A DNA stretch of 63,944 nt, the filler included, from Conidiobolus incongruus B7586 (taxonomy: Eukaryota): the NCBI GenBank assembly GCA_000697335.1. It is 17 parts of 17 records of this genome, joined end to end, with 100 filler letters (N's around TTAATTAATTAA, not from the genome) between each part and the next. Parts side by side here need not be neighbours in the genome. Positions count along the whole stretch, not along the records: positions 40,710 to 48,878 come from JNEM01003788.1; positions 48,979 to 50,090 come from JNEM01003789.1; positions 50,191 to 61,986 come from JNEM01003790.1; 14 more parts are not named here. One strand, written 5' to 3'. The notes beneath the pieces are model-generated. The model was not told the DNA's origin and searched no databases. It saw only the letters and a list, made by a program, of their open reading frames with translations. This document shows, piece by piece, positions 44,807-57,003 of the stretch. Every line of letters starts with the position of its first letter. The first letter of the stretch is position 1. A program made the position numbers and the translations under genes.

Positions 44807-45751
44807 TTACATTATGAACTGGGATCTAAGAGGAACATCACCCTCAATTTGATTTGATCTCCATTTAAATAAATATTTCAAATCACGTAATAAATCTGAT
44901 CTCAGTTGTATGACCAGTATTGTGTTGAGAATTTGATTTGATGAGATACATATTGCGGTAATGGCATCAATTAGTGGCGTGTTGAACTTAGGGTTAAACA
45001 GAGAAATAAGGACCATTAAGCAGTATGGTAAGTTGGTTAGCGTACTCACTACAACAATTATAAGTGATTTAAAAATTGAGGTATTTTTATGGTGATGAAT
45101 ATAGCCGCATTGTTCTCCCAAATCAGATCGAATCTTTTTAACTCTTATTCTTCGCTTCAATACTATTAATATATAACATGTATACACAGTCGCAACAGAT
45201 ACGGCGCACGAAACAAGTAAAAGTATACTGCCAGTTCTACCAGCACTGCTTCCCATATTAAACATACAATATACTCCAGTTGGCATCAATACAAAACCAT
45301 CATGTAGCCAGCATAATATAATACAAGATATATTAAAAGTAAATAATATACTTGCAATCATAATATAATAACGCGTTTTAAATTGAATATCGTAAACTAC
45401 TAGTAAGCATCGTTCAATACCAATGATTGCAACCAGATTGATTGAGGAAGCAAAGCAAAAAATTCCAATTGTACCATCAATTTGACACATTAAATGATTT
45501 CTAGCATAGATGGAGCTATCAAACACATTAATTATAGAGTTGGAGAAGCAGTAGATTGCGGACACAATATCAAATATCAAAGTGAAGGTAACTAAGCGTA
45601 AATCGATGTTGATACTTCTCCATCTCCTCTTGAATATTGACACAAGGACCAAAATAGAGAGGATGATGGCCAAGGGAGAGATCACAAATATGAACGCATT
45701 TAAAATATTATTATAAGGTTGATGATTATAAATACTTTCTAAGTCTCCCAT
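44807..45751 (-). CDS. Rhodopsin-like (family A-like) 7TM G-protein-coupled receptor
   Basis: 314 aa, intronless, seven hydrophobic segments. TM3 Cys (CQIDG), IERC at the E/DRY position, ECL2 YC, TM6 NLPY and TM7 N..LN.I. Confidence 0.85.
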   Translation of the reverse strand: MGDLESIYNHQPYNNILNAFIFVISPLAIILSILVLVSIFKRRWRSINIDLRLVTFTLIFDIVSAIYCFSNSIINVFDSSIYARNHLMCQIDGTIGIFCFASSINLVAIIGIERCLLVVYDIQFKTRYYIMIASILFTFNISCIILCWLHDGFVLMPTGVYCMFNMGSSAGRTGSILLLVSCAVSVATVYTCYILIVLKRRIRVKKIRSDLGEQCGYIHHHKNTSIFKSLIIVVVSTLTNLPYCLMVLISLFNPKFNTPLIDAITAICISSNQILNTILVIQLRSDLLRDLKYLFKWRSNQIEGDVPLRSQFIM

Positions 45752-47039
45752 TTATTCTTATTAATTTCCAAAGAATAAAATTAGATATCAGAATTCTATC
45801 AACTTCAATTTATACATTTCATCAAAATCATCCGAATTTTACCTTTTTCCCATTCACTTGACCAAAAAGTAATTACTCCACTCGTGTCTTGATTGGCTGT
45901 ATCATTATATATATATTTATTTTGGAATATGTCATGATATATTCGTATTAGTATGTTAAAACTATATACTATAAATATCAAAAAAAGTTATATTTTTTTC
46001 TAATAAATGTTCTTAGCATAAGAAATTTTTAGTTTATTTATTTGAATATATTTAAATTTCTATATTGGAAATAGATTCTTATCAATTAATAAATTCACAA
46101 TTAGTTTGATTTTTCACAAATCAAATAAATATTTCAAGTTAATTAGATCTTGATAAAATGACTGATGGATATATGGCGTATGAAAAACCTAATAAATATT
46201 AATATGATAGTTTTTGTATTTTTATCAAGAACCTTATTATTTATATACTTATATTTTCTTTTGTTTTATGAATTTGTTGAATTTTTTGAATAACCTGAAT
46301 ATAAAAATTAAAATAATTTGATTCTCATACGGACTAAATGCTAATTTATTCAGTTAATCATACTGTTAATTATTTAACAGAGATTTTAATAATATTAATA
46401 TATAATCTGATTAAAATATTAGAACTGAATTGTTCATAGTTCTATTAAATATAATCAAATTGTTATTAATATTGAAATTATGATTCTAAAATAAATTTTG
46501 ACAATTTCAATAGATTTAATAACAAACTTAAACTATAGGACATAAAAAGCCGTTATAGATGACTCAAAGATCAATAATATATAAATAAAAATTGCAATTA
46601 TTAATATTGTATAGGGCTTATAATGTAAACTATTTTCGTGATATAAATCGCTATAATATTTTTATAAACAAGCGATAAATCAATGCTTAAAGTTGATAAA
46701 AATTTCTCATTTAATACTTTTAAATGGATTAAACTTTAAATGAATCCAAATGAAAAAATATTTTCAAAATATACGTAATAAGGATTTTTAAACACTATCA
46801 ATTTTGATCAATATCATATTCAAATAATAATGTTTTCATTGTACAAGGTCTGTATTATGTGAATATTAATATCTTAGTACAGTGTATGATTGAAACAATT
46901 TTGTTAATTCAAACCTTTATCAGGATTATATATTAAATAAATAACTATTTTGACATTGTTATTATTTTGGGTTAAATTAAAAATATATATTCCATTAAAT
47001 ATTCAAATATCATATTAATATATAGAGCATTAATTTGCA

Positions 47040-47430
47040 GGATATCAGGAAAAGTTATCTATTTTCTTAATAACGCATTAGGACTGCGGTTACCTAAATG
47101 GTAACCAGCCTGAGCATATTTGCATCGCCATTTATTTCCTTATGGGGATGTTACCCTGGAAGGCACATCACTCTACTCTAAAGGTCTCATTCTCTAGCAG
47201 ACCTATTTCACCTCTAAACCCTATCTTTAGCTGACAATTGAAATATAAAAGAACCGACGTCATTAGCCTAACCATGGGAGATCAGCAGACCTCCCACAAG
47301 ATAAGTGTCCCTTTATCCTATCAATAAAGCCCTCAATCTAGTACTGTCATCAATAGCAGTAGCTTACCTGCCTCAGCTACTTAGTTTATGCATTGCTAGC
47401 AATTGGTATTACACAGGTACTATAAAGGCT
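47040..47430. ncRNA. Candidate structured non-coding RNA or RNA-element relic, family unidentified
   Basis: GC-elevated island with no credible ORF. Six short hairpins at 47088-47106, 47147-47169, 47182-47204, 47275-47296, 47311-47329 and 47358-47381, plus a 12-bp palindrome at 47392-47403. Confidence 0.3.
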
Positions 47431-49579
47431 TTTATTATTAAATTTATTTCGAAATACAAGTCTTTTCGATTAGTTTTGACAATACAAATAGATTATATTG
47501 TTTTACAAATAATTAACTTTATTACTCAATAAAAATTACCTAACTTAAACTATATCATAAATTACAAATTACTTGATCCATAAAATGAATAGCTTTCCTT
47601 AATACTATTTGAAGTATTTTATAATATGAATTATATATTGTTGAATTTACATTTAGGATTTGAAAATTATTATAAAAGGTGAAATCTCAAAAATATTATC
47701 TAATCAATTATATTTTCAAAATTAATATCAAATTATTGGGTATTAAATTTATGCAAACATAATAATATCATAATAAGCTTATAATATTTAATGATTGGAA
47801 AAATGAGTTAAAACTTTTTAATCGTTACCTTAACAAATTATAAAAAATTAAAGCAAAAATTATATCTTTGGTTAATATCCTCATTTTGGAATAATAAAAT
47901 GTTATACTAATTGAAATTCTTTAACCTTTTTATATAGATTTTTATAATATTTTACATTATCCTTTTATTTATAAAGTTAAAGGTTATTGAATATTTTAAC
48001 CTATCAAAATCCTTATATTTATAGAAATTCATATTCAATTAACATGATAAATAAGTTTAAAAAAAGCCAGTTTTTTAATAAAAATTATTTTAAAAGTTCC
48101 AAATATAAAAATAATAATTATAATATAAATTTAAAATATCTTGTAGTTATTATTTATAAATTTTTTAAATTCAAAATATATTTTATTATTTAAATTAAAT
48201 TTTATTGGAAATAATAGATTAAATATTATATTTTTTTAATATTAACCTAATAATATTATTTATTTCATTTTAAATAAGTTTTGGCTTCTTATTTATCATA
48301 TTAACTATTAATTTTTAATACTTAATTCTAGTATTTTTTTATATATTATTAATCCATTATAAACCAGGATATATAATGTAATAACTTTCAATTATTTACT
48401 AAATATAATAAAATTATAATTAATATAATATTAATTTATATTTTTTATATATTTAATTATTAAATTATTTTGAAATTAGTTTTAAAAAAATGACAATATA
48501 ATGGATAATATAATAAAAAAGTGCTACTTGTATTTTTCTTGAAGTTATAGATATATTATTCATAATAATTATTATTAACTATAAATTCAAAATAACCTAA
48601 ATAAGATAGGCTTATATATTAAATTGGAATTAATTAAATTAATTTGAAATACTATTTATTAAAAGATTTTTGTTATTATTTATTATTATTATAAAAATAA
48701 TAATCAAAATAACTTTAGAATAGTTATAATTTACTAAATAATTTCTGATTATAAAACAAGGATTTTTTTAAATTATTATATATATTAACCTATAAAAATA
48801 AGTTATAAAATTAAAATTATATATATTTTTACTAGTAATTTAATTAATTTTAAAATTAAAAATATAAGTATTATAAATNNNNNNNNNNNNNNNNNNNNNN
48901 NNNNNNNNNNNNNNNNNNNNNNTTAATTAATTAANNNNNNNNNNNNNNNNNNNNNNNNNNNNNNNNNNNNNNNNNNNNTATAATAATAATTTCATAATAT
49001 CATAGAATTAAATGAGATAAAATAATAAAATTAAAATTAACTTAAATAATATCTATATAATAAATTATATCAATTATTTAATTTTAATAAATGAATATTT
49101 AAAATTAATATTATTTTATAACTTTGCTAAGTATTAAAAATTTAAATTATTAAGAGAATATAATGAATCTTAACATGTAAAACTTTAAATACGATATGTA
49201 TTCTTATATGTATAATAATCCTGAATATATCTTTGTAAAGTATATTTTATACCTTATCCATCAATTTTGATACGAATGTATTAAATATATTTGACATTGA
49301 TTTTATAAAACTAATTTATAATTCCAAATAAGTTTACTAAATATTTAGTCTCAATTGTTGTAAAAGTAATATTAAGTTTATTTTCAATTAATTTGAAATA
49401 TTTTTGAATTTTATTATGATCTCAAGGGTGGTAATTATTTATATATATTATATTTATAAAATATTATATTAAATTTGATTTTAACTATTATCTAAAGCTA
49501 ATTATAACTTAAAATATTAAATTCAAATTTAGCTAAATTAATATATATATTATTTAAATATTGATATATAAATTATTAA

Positions 49580-50090
49580 AAGATTAATTCTTTAAATTCT
49601 TATATATATTTTTTTATAATTCAATTAACTATAAATAATATGATAAATTTATACTTTTATAGTTAAATTAATTATATAAATAATACTAAATTATTTAATA
49701 AATTAGGTTTTTCTTTTTTCTCTTAATTTTTACTATTCTTTATTCTTTATATTACTTTTAAAATTAAAACTATATTTTATTAATACTATAGGATATTAAT
49801 GTTATCTAATTAAAGTTTTAATATATTAATTACTTATCCCAATTTGAAGCTTAATTAAATTTTGTTTATATTTTTATATTATATTTTATATTATATTATT
49901 ATATTTTATACCATATTATTTTTATATTAATTTCTCTTCTATATTATATTAGTAACTTTTCTTCTATTATACTTATATATTAATAATAAAACTATTAAAA
50001 ATATTATATTAAAAACTAATAATTACTTTTATTAGCTTTATTTATTATTATTTTACACTTTATCTATAATTTATTTTATTTAAATTTAAT
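49580..50090 (+). mobile_element. Ty3/Gypsy LTR plus start of internal region, partial copy
   Basis: Direct match to 33691-34190. Confidence 0.8.
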
Positions 50091-51498
50091 NNNNNNNNNN
50101 NNNNNNNNNNNNNNNNNNNNNNNNNNNNNNNNNNTTAATTAATTAANNNNNNNNNNNNNNNNNNNNNNNNNNNNNNNNNNNNNNNNNNNNTATATAACTA
50201 TATGATATAAGTTACTTATTTATATATACAAAGCTTTTCAAGGTAAATAAATTACATAATCTATATTAATTAAAGATTATAATTATGAGTTGGTATAAAG
50301 TGTATAATACACCTATTTTTCAAGTATTATATTTAATTGAAATGATAAAATATTTTAATCATTCATAATTTTTTTATATAAAGTATATAAATTTATTAAT
50401 AATACTTTATAATATATTCATAATTTTATCATTTGAGTTGAAACTTAATATTATCAAAATTTCATAAAAATAGTATAATTTTAAATTTCAAAAACATTTA
50501 GCCAATTTAATTATTTAAAAAATTCAAATTCATTTATAATTAACTTAAATATAGATTTAAGCCTATGTTTTAACCTATATAATTATTCAAATTAATTAAT
50601 GTTTTATAAATGATTTTTGATTAAAAATGAATATTACAAAAGAAATGCTCGATTTTAACTTGAACCAAAATAGGTTTTCATTCTGGACAAATTAATCATT
50701 AATTAATAAACCAAAATCATTCATTATATATTAGGTATCTTTTCCGTCAAATAAAAATATTAAAAGTAGAATTTGATTAGATATAATATTATCTAATATA
50801 TTCAATAATTAAAATATGATATTAACTTACTAATGATGCTATTAAATTTTAATATTGATTATTGAATTTTATTATTAAATTTTTAGTATTTAGAATTATC
50901 TATCAACAATTTCGTACTTACCATATCTATAAAGAACCTTATATTATATTAGCTATTGTAATACTATGTAAATCAAAATCACTTTAATTTTTAGTTTCCA
51001 TTTTATTTAAAAAATATTATCCAGAATTTTGTTACAAAACTTTGGATTGTGACTGGTATTCGATTTAATAACCAATGACTTAAGAAATTTTCTTTATTTG
51101 AATTCACTATGAAATTTATAAAAATTAATAATTAAAAAATTCAAAAATTTTTAAAATTATTTTTTTTGTTAATAAAATTCAATATTATAATAATTTAAAT
51201 ATACAATTATTCTAAAGATAAATAATGACTTATAATTAATTATTAAAAACTTGATAAAGGAGCATTTATTAGTCTAAAATATTTCAATTTTTTTCGGTTA
51301 ACATTTATGTTTATTGGGATAAATTTTACTTATAATTAGCTCAAGTTTCATTGTATTTTAAAGTAGAATCTTTCAATTGGTAAATTTAAAACTTAAGAAT
51401 TTTAGTTTATCCAATTATAATTGGGTTCTAGTATTATGGTTCTTGAATAAGGCTATTGTGATTGGTTGATTATCATTAAATCCAAAAACTATGAGATT

Positions 51499-51526
51499 GT
51501 CACATGATAAAAATTCTTTATAAATA
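51499..51526 (+). promoter_or_regulatory. GTCACATGA E-box followed by TATAAATA box
   Basis: GTCACATGATAAA at 51499-51511 and TATAAATA at 51519. The same arrangement lies upstream of the paralog at 55649. Confidence 0.5.
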
Positions 51527-51658
51527 CAACCTGATGAGAAATTTAACCGTTCTATTCATTTTTTGACATATAATCGAATAAAGATTATATATGTTTAATA
51601 ATATTAAAGATAAAAATAAATTAGTAGATTATGGATTTATAATATTAAACCAACAAGC

Positions 51659-52406
51659 ATGTTTTTAAGATTTATGAACCAAAATACAAATTATCATTCG
51701 AATAGTTCAATTAATACTGGTAACCCGGTACCAGATCGTATTAACGTTATTTCACGAGGTAATGAAGCTGCAGAAACTATTCCATTTCGGTGGAGAGGAG
51801 ATATTTTAGACGCTATTTATCAAGCCAGAATGGCAGAAAATCCTGATCAAATCACTCATTTAAAGAGAAGTGTTTATAAAACATTTGCTATAAGGATCTT
51901 CTTTATAATGACTGTGAGTATCATAATAATAGTAGCGATTTTAAGGTTACAGAGCGGGTATCAACCAGTAGCTATTTTTACTCTATGTTTTACAGCTTTA
52001 ATATTATTAGACCAAATATTGGTAAATATCTATCCATATTTATTAACTGTGTGATAAATTAAATTTTGTTTTTTAGTTATTAAGGAAAATTCTGATTATG
52101 TTAAATGAACCAATACAATATAATATAGATATTGAAAGTCGACCTGAAATGAGAAATAATCTAGAAACTCCAGATTCTTTACCTTTGCCACCGCCAACTT
52201 ACGAAGTTGCTCAACGTGATCCTCCTGCATATGAACTCCCAAAGCCACTTACAAATCAATTGGATAATTTACCTACACCTGAATTTCCAAGAGCCTCTAC
52301 TTTAGCTCAGCTTGTTTCTGAAGAGACTACAACGCGGACAATACCATCTCAGAATGTTGGAACAACTTCAACGAGTACAGATCCCTCACCTATTAGGAGT
52401 CTGTAG
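51659..52406 (+). CDS. Two-TM membrane protein with PPxY motifs, paralog A (~230 aa, 2 exons)
   Basis: Exons 51659-52021 and 52077-52406 joined by a phase-0 GT-AG intron. Two hydrophobic helices are followed by PPPTYE and PPAYE. Confidence 0.8.
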
Positions 52407-54275
52407 AAAATTTGCTAGAAACATCATGCATCATGTCACAGTTAATGACACATTGTAATAATTTATTAAAATCACACTTTCATTATTGAAAACAACTGAC
52501 CAACCAATCATTCATTTTAACTGCCCAATCTTGTATAGAAATTTAATTTTTTAATTATCATAAATCCTAAAATCTTTTTAATAAAATTAATAAACATATT
52601 TATTCAATTAATATATATTGTAATGACAATATAATATTACTCCTTTTAAATATTTGAGGATTTTTTCAATCTTATTTCAATCCATATCCATCTGCGACCC
52701 ATCCATATATTTCTCTTAAAACTATAATCCCTCTTAATGAATATATTGAAAATTAACATAATTAGCTCTGATAATAATTAAGTTGTAAAATTTTACTAAA
52801 AAATTAGTTAATAGTTTCAAAATTATATTAATATATTACTAATAAATATTTGATATATATTATTCAGAAAAATGAATCATATATCAAATTATTTTTGATG
52901 GGGAATAATCTTGTCCATCAATCAAGAAACTCCGATTACCACTCTGATTCAAGAGGTCTCATTGGAGGTACTTTAATTCATGAACTGGTTGAACCTATCA
53001 CTTAAAAGTCTTATCTTTCCAAAAGTATTGAGTTTTTACTTTATCTGCAGCAAGCGATTTCCACCTAATTTGGTGAATTTCATTAATTTCCTTAATTTTG
53101 TGGTAATCTATTGTTTACCACTGGCGATTACCCGTTTAAGCACTTAAAACCTAGTTCCTCCTGCAGTTACGGCCGTCATTTTCAATTATTATTCTAACTT
53201 GTTTAAATAATTTTGTTTAATATATATATAAACAATTAATAATTCGAAAATTAATTACCGAAACTCTTAATAAAAATCACTTGACAAACTTTTATAAAGT
53301 ATTTTATAATATTATGAATTAATTTCTTTAATATATGATTTTTAATTTTTTTCCAACTCATTCTATAATATTTATTATTTTTAATTTTTAAATATAGATT
53401 AAATAAACTTAAAATAAAATTATTAAAAATTAATATTATAATAATATTCTTAATATTAAAATCACATATAATCTTTTTTATTATTTTAAGTTTAATAAAA
53501 TAATAAAATTAAACATATTTTAATAGATTAATTTTATAAATAATATAAATTTAAATATTATAATTATATTAAATAAAGAAATTTTATTCAATTAGATATA
53601 AATTTCTTATGAAATTATCTAAATTCTCTATATTATTTTTTAATTATGCTTTTGATTAAAACTTTCAAAGAAATATTTTAGTAAGTATATAATTACAAGT
53701 CTAAAAAGAAAACTTTTAACTCTAGGTTCTAGTAACCAAGGATATTGTTCAAAAATATTAGTGAGATAGAGAGCCATGATAGTTATTATTACCATATAGA
53801 ATGATCCAAATTTTATTAAATATAAGCTTAAAATATAGATAAATTAACTTTTAATTAAAAAACAGTTATAAATAATGATATATACTCAAAGGAAATGATA
53901 AAAAGTTATGAGTCTATATTATCCTAGTGCTGGAAACTAAGGTAGTTGCTTTGTTTCAGGAAACCTTCACTTATCTAAGTTAGAAAAGTTGTTATTTGTT
54001 AAGGTAAGGTTTTTTGATAATATAAATAATATGGAGTAAGAATAAATTATAAGAGAGTATTGTTAAAAGGCAAAGATATATGAAGTATTTAAATAAATTT
54101 ATGACAAAATATGAATTATATTATTTTATAAAATTAGTAAGTATCCAATTTCATATATTATACAATATCTAGTATATTGATAATTTAATATATAAAATAA
54201 GTTTATTTATGATATTGATATATATTTTTAAAATTAATATAAATTTTTTTTAAAGTTGAATTTAAAAATTAATTA

Positions 54276-54277
<2 letters not shown>

Positions 54278-54312
<35 letters not shown>
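54278..54312. repeat. (TA)n microsatellite
   Basis: Uninterrupted TA dinucleotide run. Confidence 0.9.
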
Positions 54313-54315
<3 letters not shown>

Positions 54316-55557
54316 GATTTTTTAAGGGAATTTAATATAAATGCTTTGATATTAACTTCTATATATCAAAAAAAAACTTTATAAATATAAACAACGAAGG
54401 ATAAAATCTAATAATAACATTTTATAATTAAATAAATATATTACAGTCATATTATTTTATCTTTTGTTTTTATTTTATTTTCTTATTTATATCAAATTTA
54501 AATAATATAATATAATAAATTTTAATTTAAAATTCATATAAAAATTATTGTTAAATAAGAATATATTAATCTTAAATAAAAAAAGTTAGCTTAGTAATTT
54601 AAAAATTCAATTATTAAAATAATATATATATATTTCACTTATTTTATAATATTTAATATCAATCTATTAAATCCAAAGTTAATCATTTTATAAAGCTTTA
54701 TTCAATTTATTTGTAAATAAATACTATTCCAAATATATTTTAATAGTTATATTGATTATAAACATAAGTCTTTTATAGTTTTCTAAATGATAGAATATAA
54801 TATCAGTTAAAAATATAATTGAATAAATTATTATTCTATTAAAAATGATCAATATATTAATTAATTTTATATTAAAAGAAATTAATAGAGTCTATATAAT
54901 GAGAATATTAACATTTATTGATTATTATATTTGAATAATAATTTGATATTCAAATGATAAATATTTTGACAATTATTATAAATCTGATTAAATATCTTTT
55001 GATAATTTTTAATTTTAATTAACCTGGAATAATATTGATTATTCTAAAACTTTTATATAATAAAATCTTGAAAATTTACCTATTTCTAAAAACTTGATTA
55101 TATTTCAAAATGAAAATATTATATTAACATCTAATAATATCCGGTTTTAAATACAAATTATAATATGAATATATATGTATACATAGGATAAAAACTTCGA
55201 AATTTAAAATTATCAATTATATTTAATGTTGGAAGATATCTCATTAATATACATAAATAAAGTTTGAATAATTTAACAAATTATAACATTAAAATTAATA
55301 TAGCATAGTTTGAAATTTCTTTTACATTAGAAAATCAACGATAAGACAAACATTTAATAATCTTGAATTAGAAGTTGATAATTTTTTGAGAGATTTAAGT
55401 AAAAATAATAATACAGTATTAATAATTAATAATATTTTTGATAGATTAAAAACCTAGTTTTTGTTCAAACCAATAATCAAAAACAATTGAAATAGATTAT
55501 ATGGGATAATTGAATAGATTGTAATTATAATCATATCGATCAAACTGATGAGTTTGA

Positions 55558-55589
55558 GTCACATGATAAATTAAAATCCAATATAAATA
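55558..55589 (+). promoter_or_regulatory. GTCACATGA E-box followed by TATAAATA box
   Basis: GTCACATGATAAA at 55558-55570 and TATAAATA at 55582. The 13-mer is identical to the one at 51499. Confidence 0.5.
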
Positions 55590-55648
55590 GAATTAATTTT
55601 CCATTATATTACATGATTTTATTTTAAATTTTAAGATTATTAAAAAAT

Positions 55649-56136
55649 ATGATAACAATAGTTAAAAAATTAAAGAAATTTTTTTTTCAGAAATTAAATA
55701 TCATATTATTTGTATTAATGAGTATTGCATTTGTAATAGGGTGTGCTCTATTAATTGATCTTACCAATAACTTCATTTATGGAGTAATAACTTTGATACT
55801 TTACCTTGTTCTAGTAGTGATATTATCTGTAAGTTAAATTTTAATCTTTCAAGTATATTATTTTATCATAATTTGAATTTTTAGAAATATTTGAATATTT
55901 TTGGATTTAATATTGAGCATGATGCTGTAATATCACCATTAGATAGAATATGTACAGATCAAACTGATTTATTCATGGAAGGGCCTCCTACTTACCAAGA
56001 TGCTCAATCGTCACCACCACTCTATGATTCTAATCACATACCAGAAACTAATAGCAATCCAAGTCCTCCTCATTATAATAATACCACAAATAACACACAT
56101 CATTCTAACAGACCGATGACCCAAATTGGAAACTAG
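55649..56136 (+). CDS. Two-TM membrane protein with PPxY motifs, paralog B (~143 aa, 2 exons)
   Basis: Exons 55649-55828 and 55885-56136 joined by a phase-0 GTAAGT..TAG intron. Two TM helices are followed by PPTY, PPLY and PPHY. Confidence 0.8.
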
Positions 56137-56957
56137 CTTTGTAAATTGTCTAAGTATTATCTTAACTTGACAAAATTAGGGATGGAATTCAAACTTATCA
56201 AATCATATGACACAATTCAATTAAAAAACATATCCCAATCTACCAATTATTCTCACCAAATTTCACCACATGAAATTAATGTGATTTTAGGAATATTTCA
56301 ACAATGATGGATACTAAAATTTTATTGAAAATTGAAATTATTTATAATATATTTTAATTAAATAATAATATTAGATTAGTTGATTTGACAATTAGTTAAT
56401 CCATTTATTGAAAGTAAATATGTTACCTATATCTTAAGTTTATATCAGTATATATAAATATTATATTAAGATTTTTAGCATATAATTCTTTGAAATAATA
56501 AACATTTGAAGATGAATCAATCATATATATAATTTAGAAATTATTATAGATGATATTAATAACGAATAATAATAATGATAATGATAATAATAGCAATAAT
56601 AATAATGCATCTTAATGGAAACTTAATTTGGCAGAAACCTTATTATGAAAATACTTTGTTTTTTGTTAAAGTTGATCTTTTTTTTAAAAATATTAATATT
56701 ACGTAATTTTATCTCATATAATAATTAATCTATAAAATAATATAGTCAGTTGTTAATTCGGATAATATAAAATTCTTAGTATTAAAATATTATTTAAATC
56801 AAGACATGTACTTTTCTGAAAATGATAATCTGTCATTAATATCAAATTAGTCATAAAACTTATATAGTTAAAATCATTGTTAATTCAATGATTTGGTAAC
56901 TTCATAACAAGATTTTTGCATATTTATCAATATGAATAGCGTCTGAAACTGAAAAGT

Positions 56958-56964
<7 letters not shown>

Positions 56965-57000
<36 letters not shown>
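56965..57000. repeat. (TA)n microsatellite
   Basis: Uninterrupted TA dinucleotide run. Confidence 0.9.

Positions 57001-57003
<3 letters not shown>

Noticed and set aside
47360..47372. CTTACCTG as the 5' end of U1 snRNA
   Set aside because: No U1 loop I/II motifs or Sm site at suitable positions downstream.
47305..48193. ORFs 47305-47532 and 47987-48193
   Set aside because: Non-ATG starts, low-complexity AT-driven composition and no motifs.
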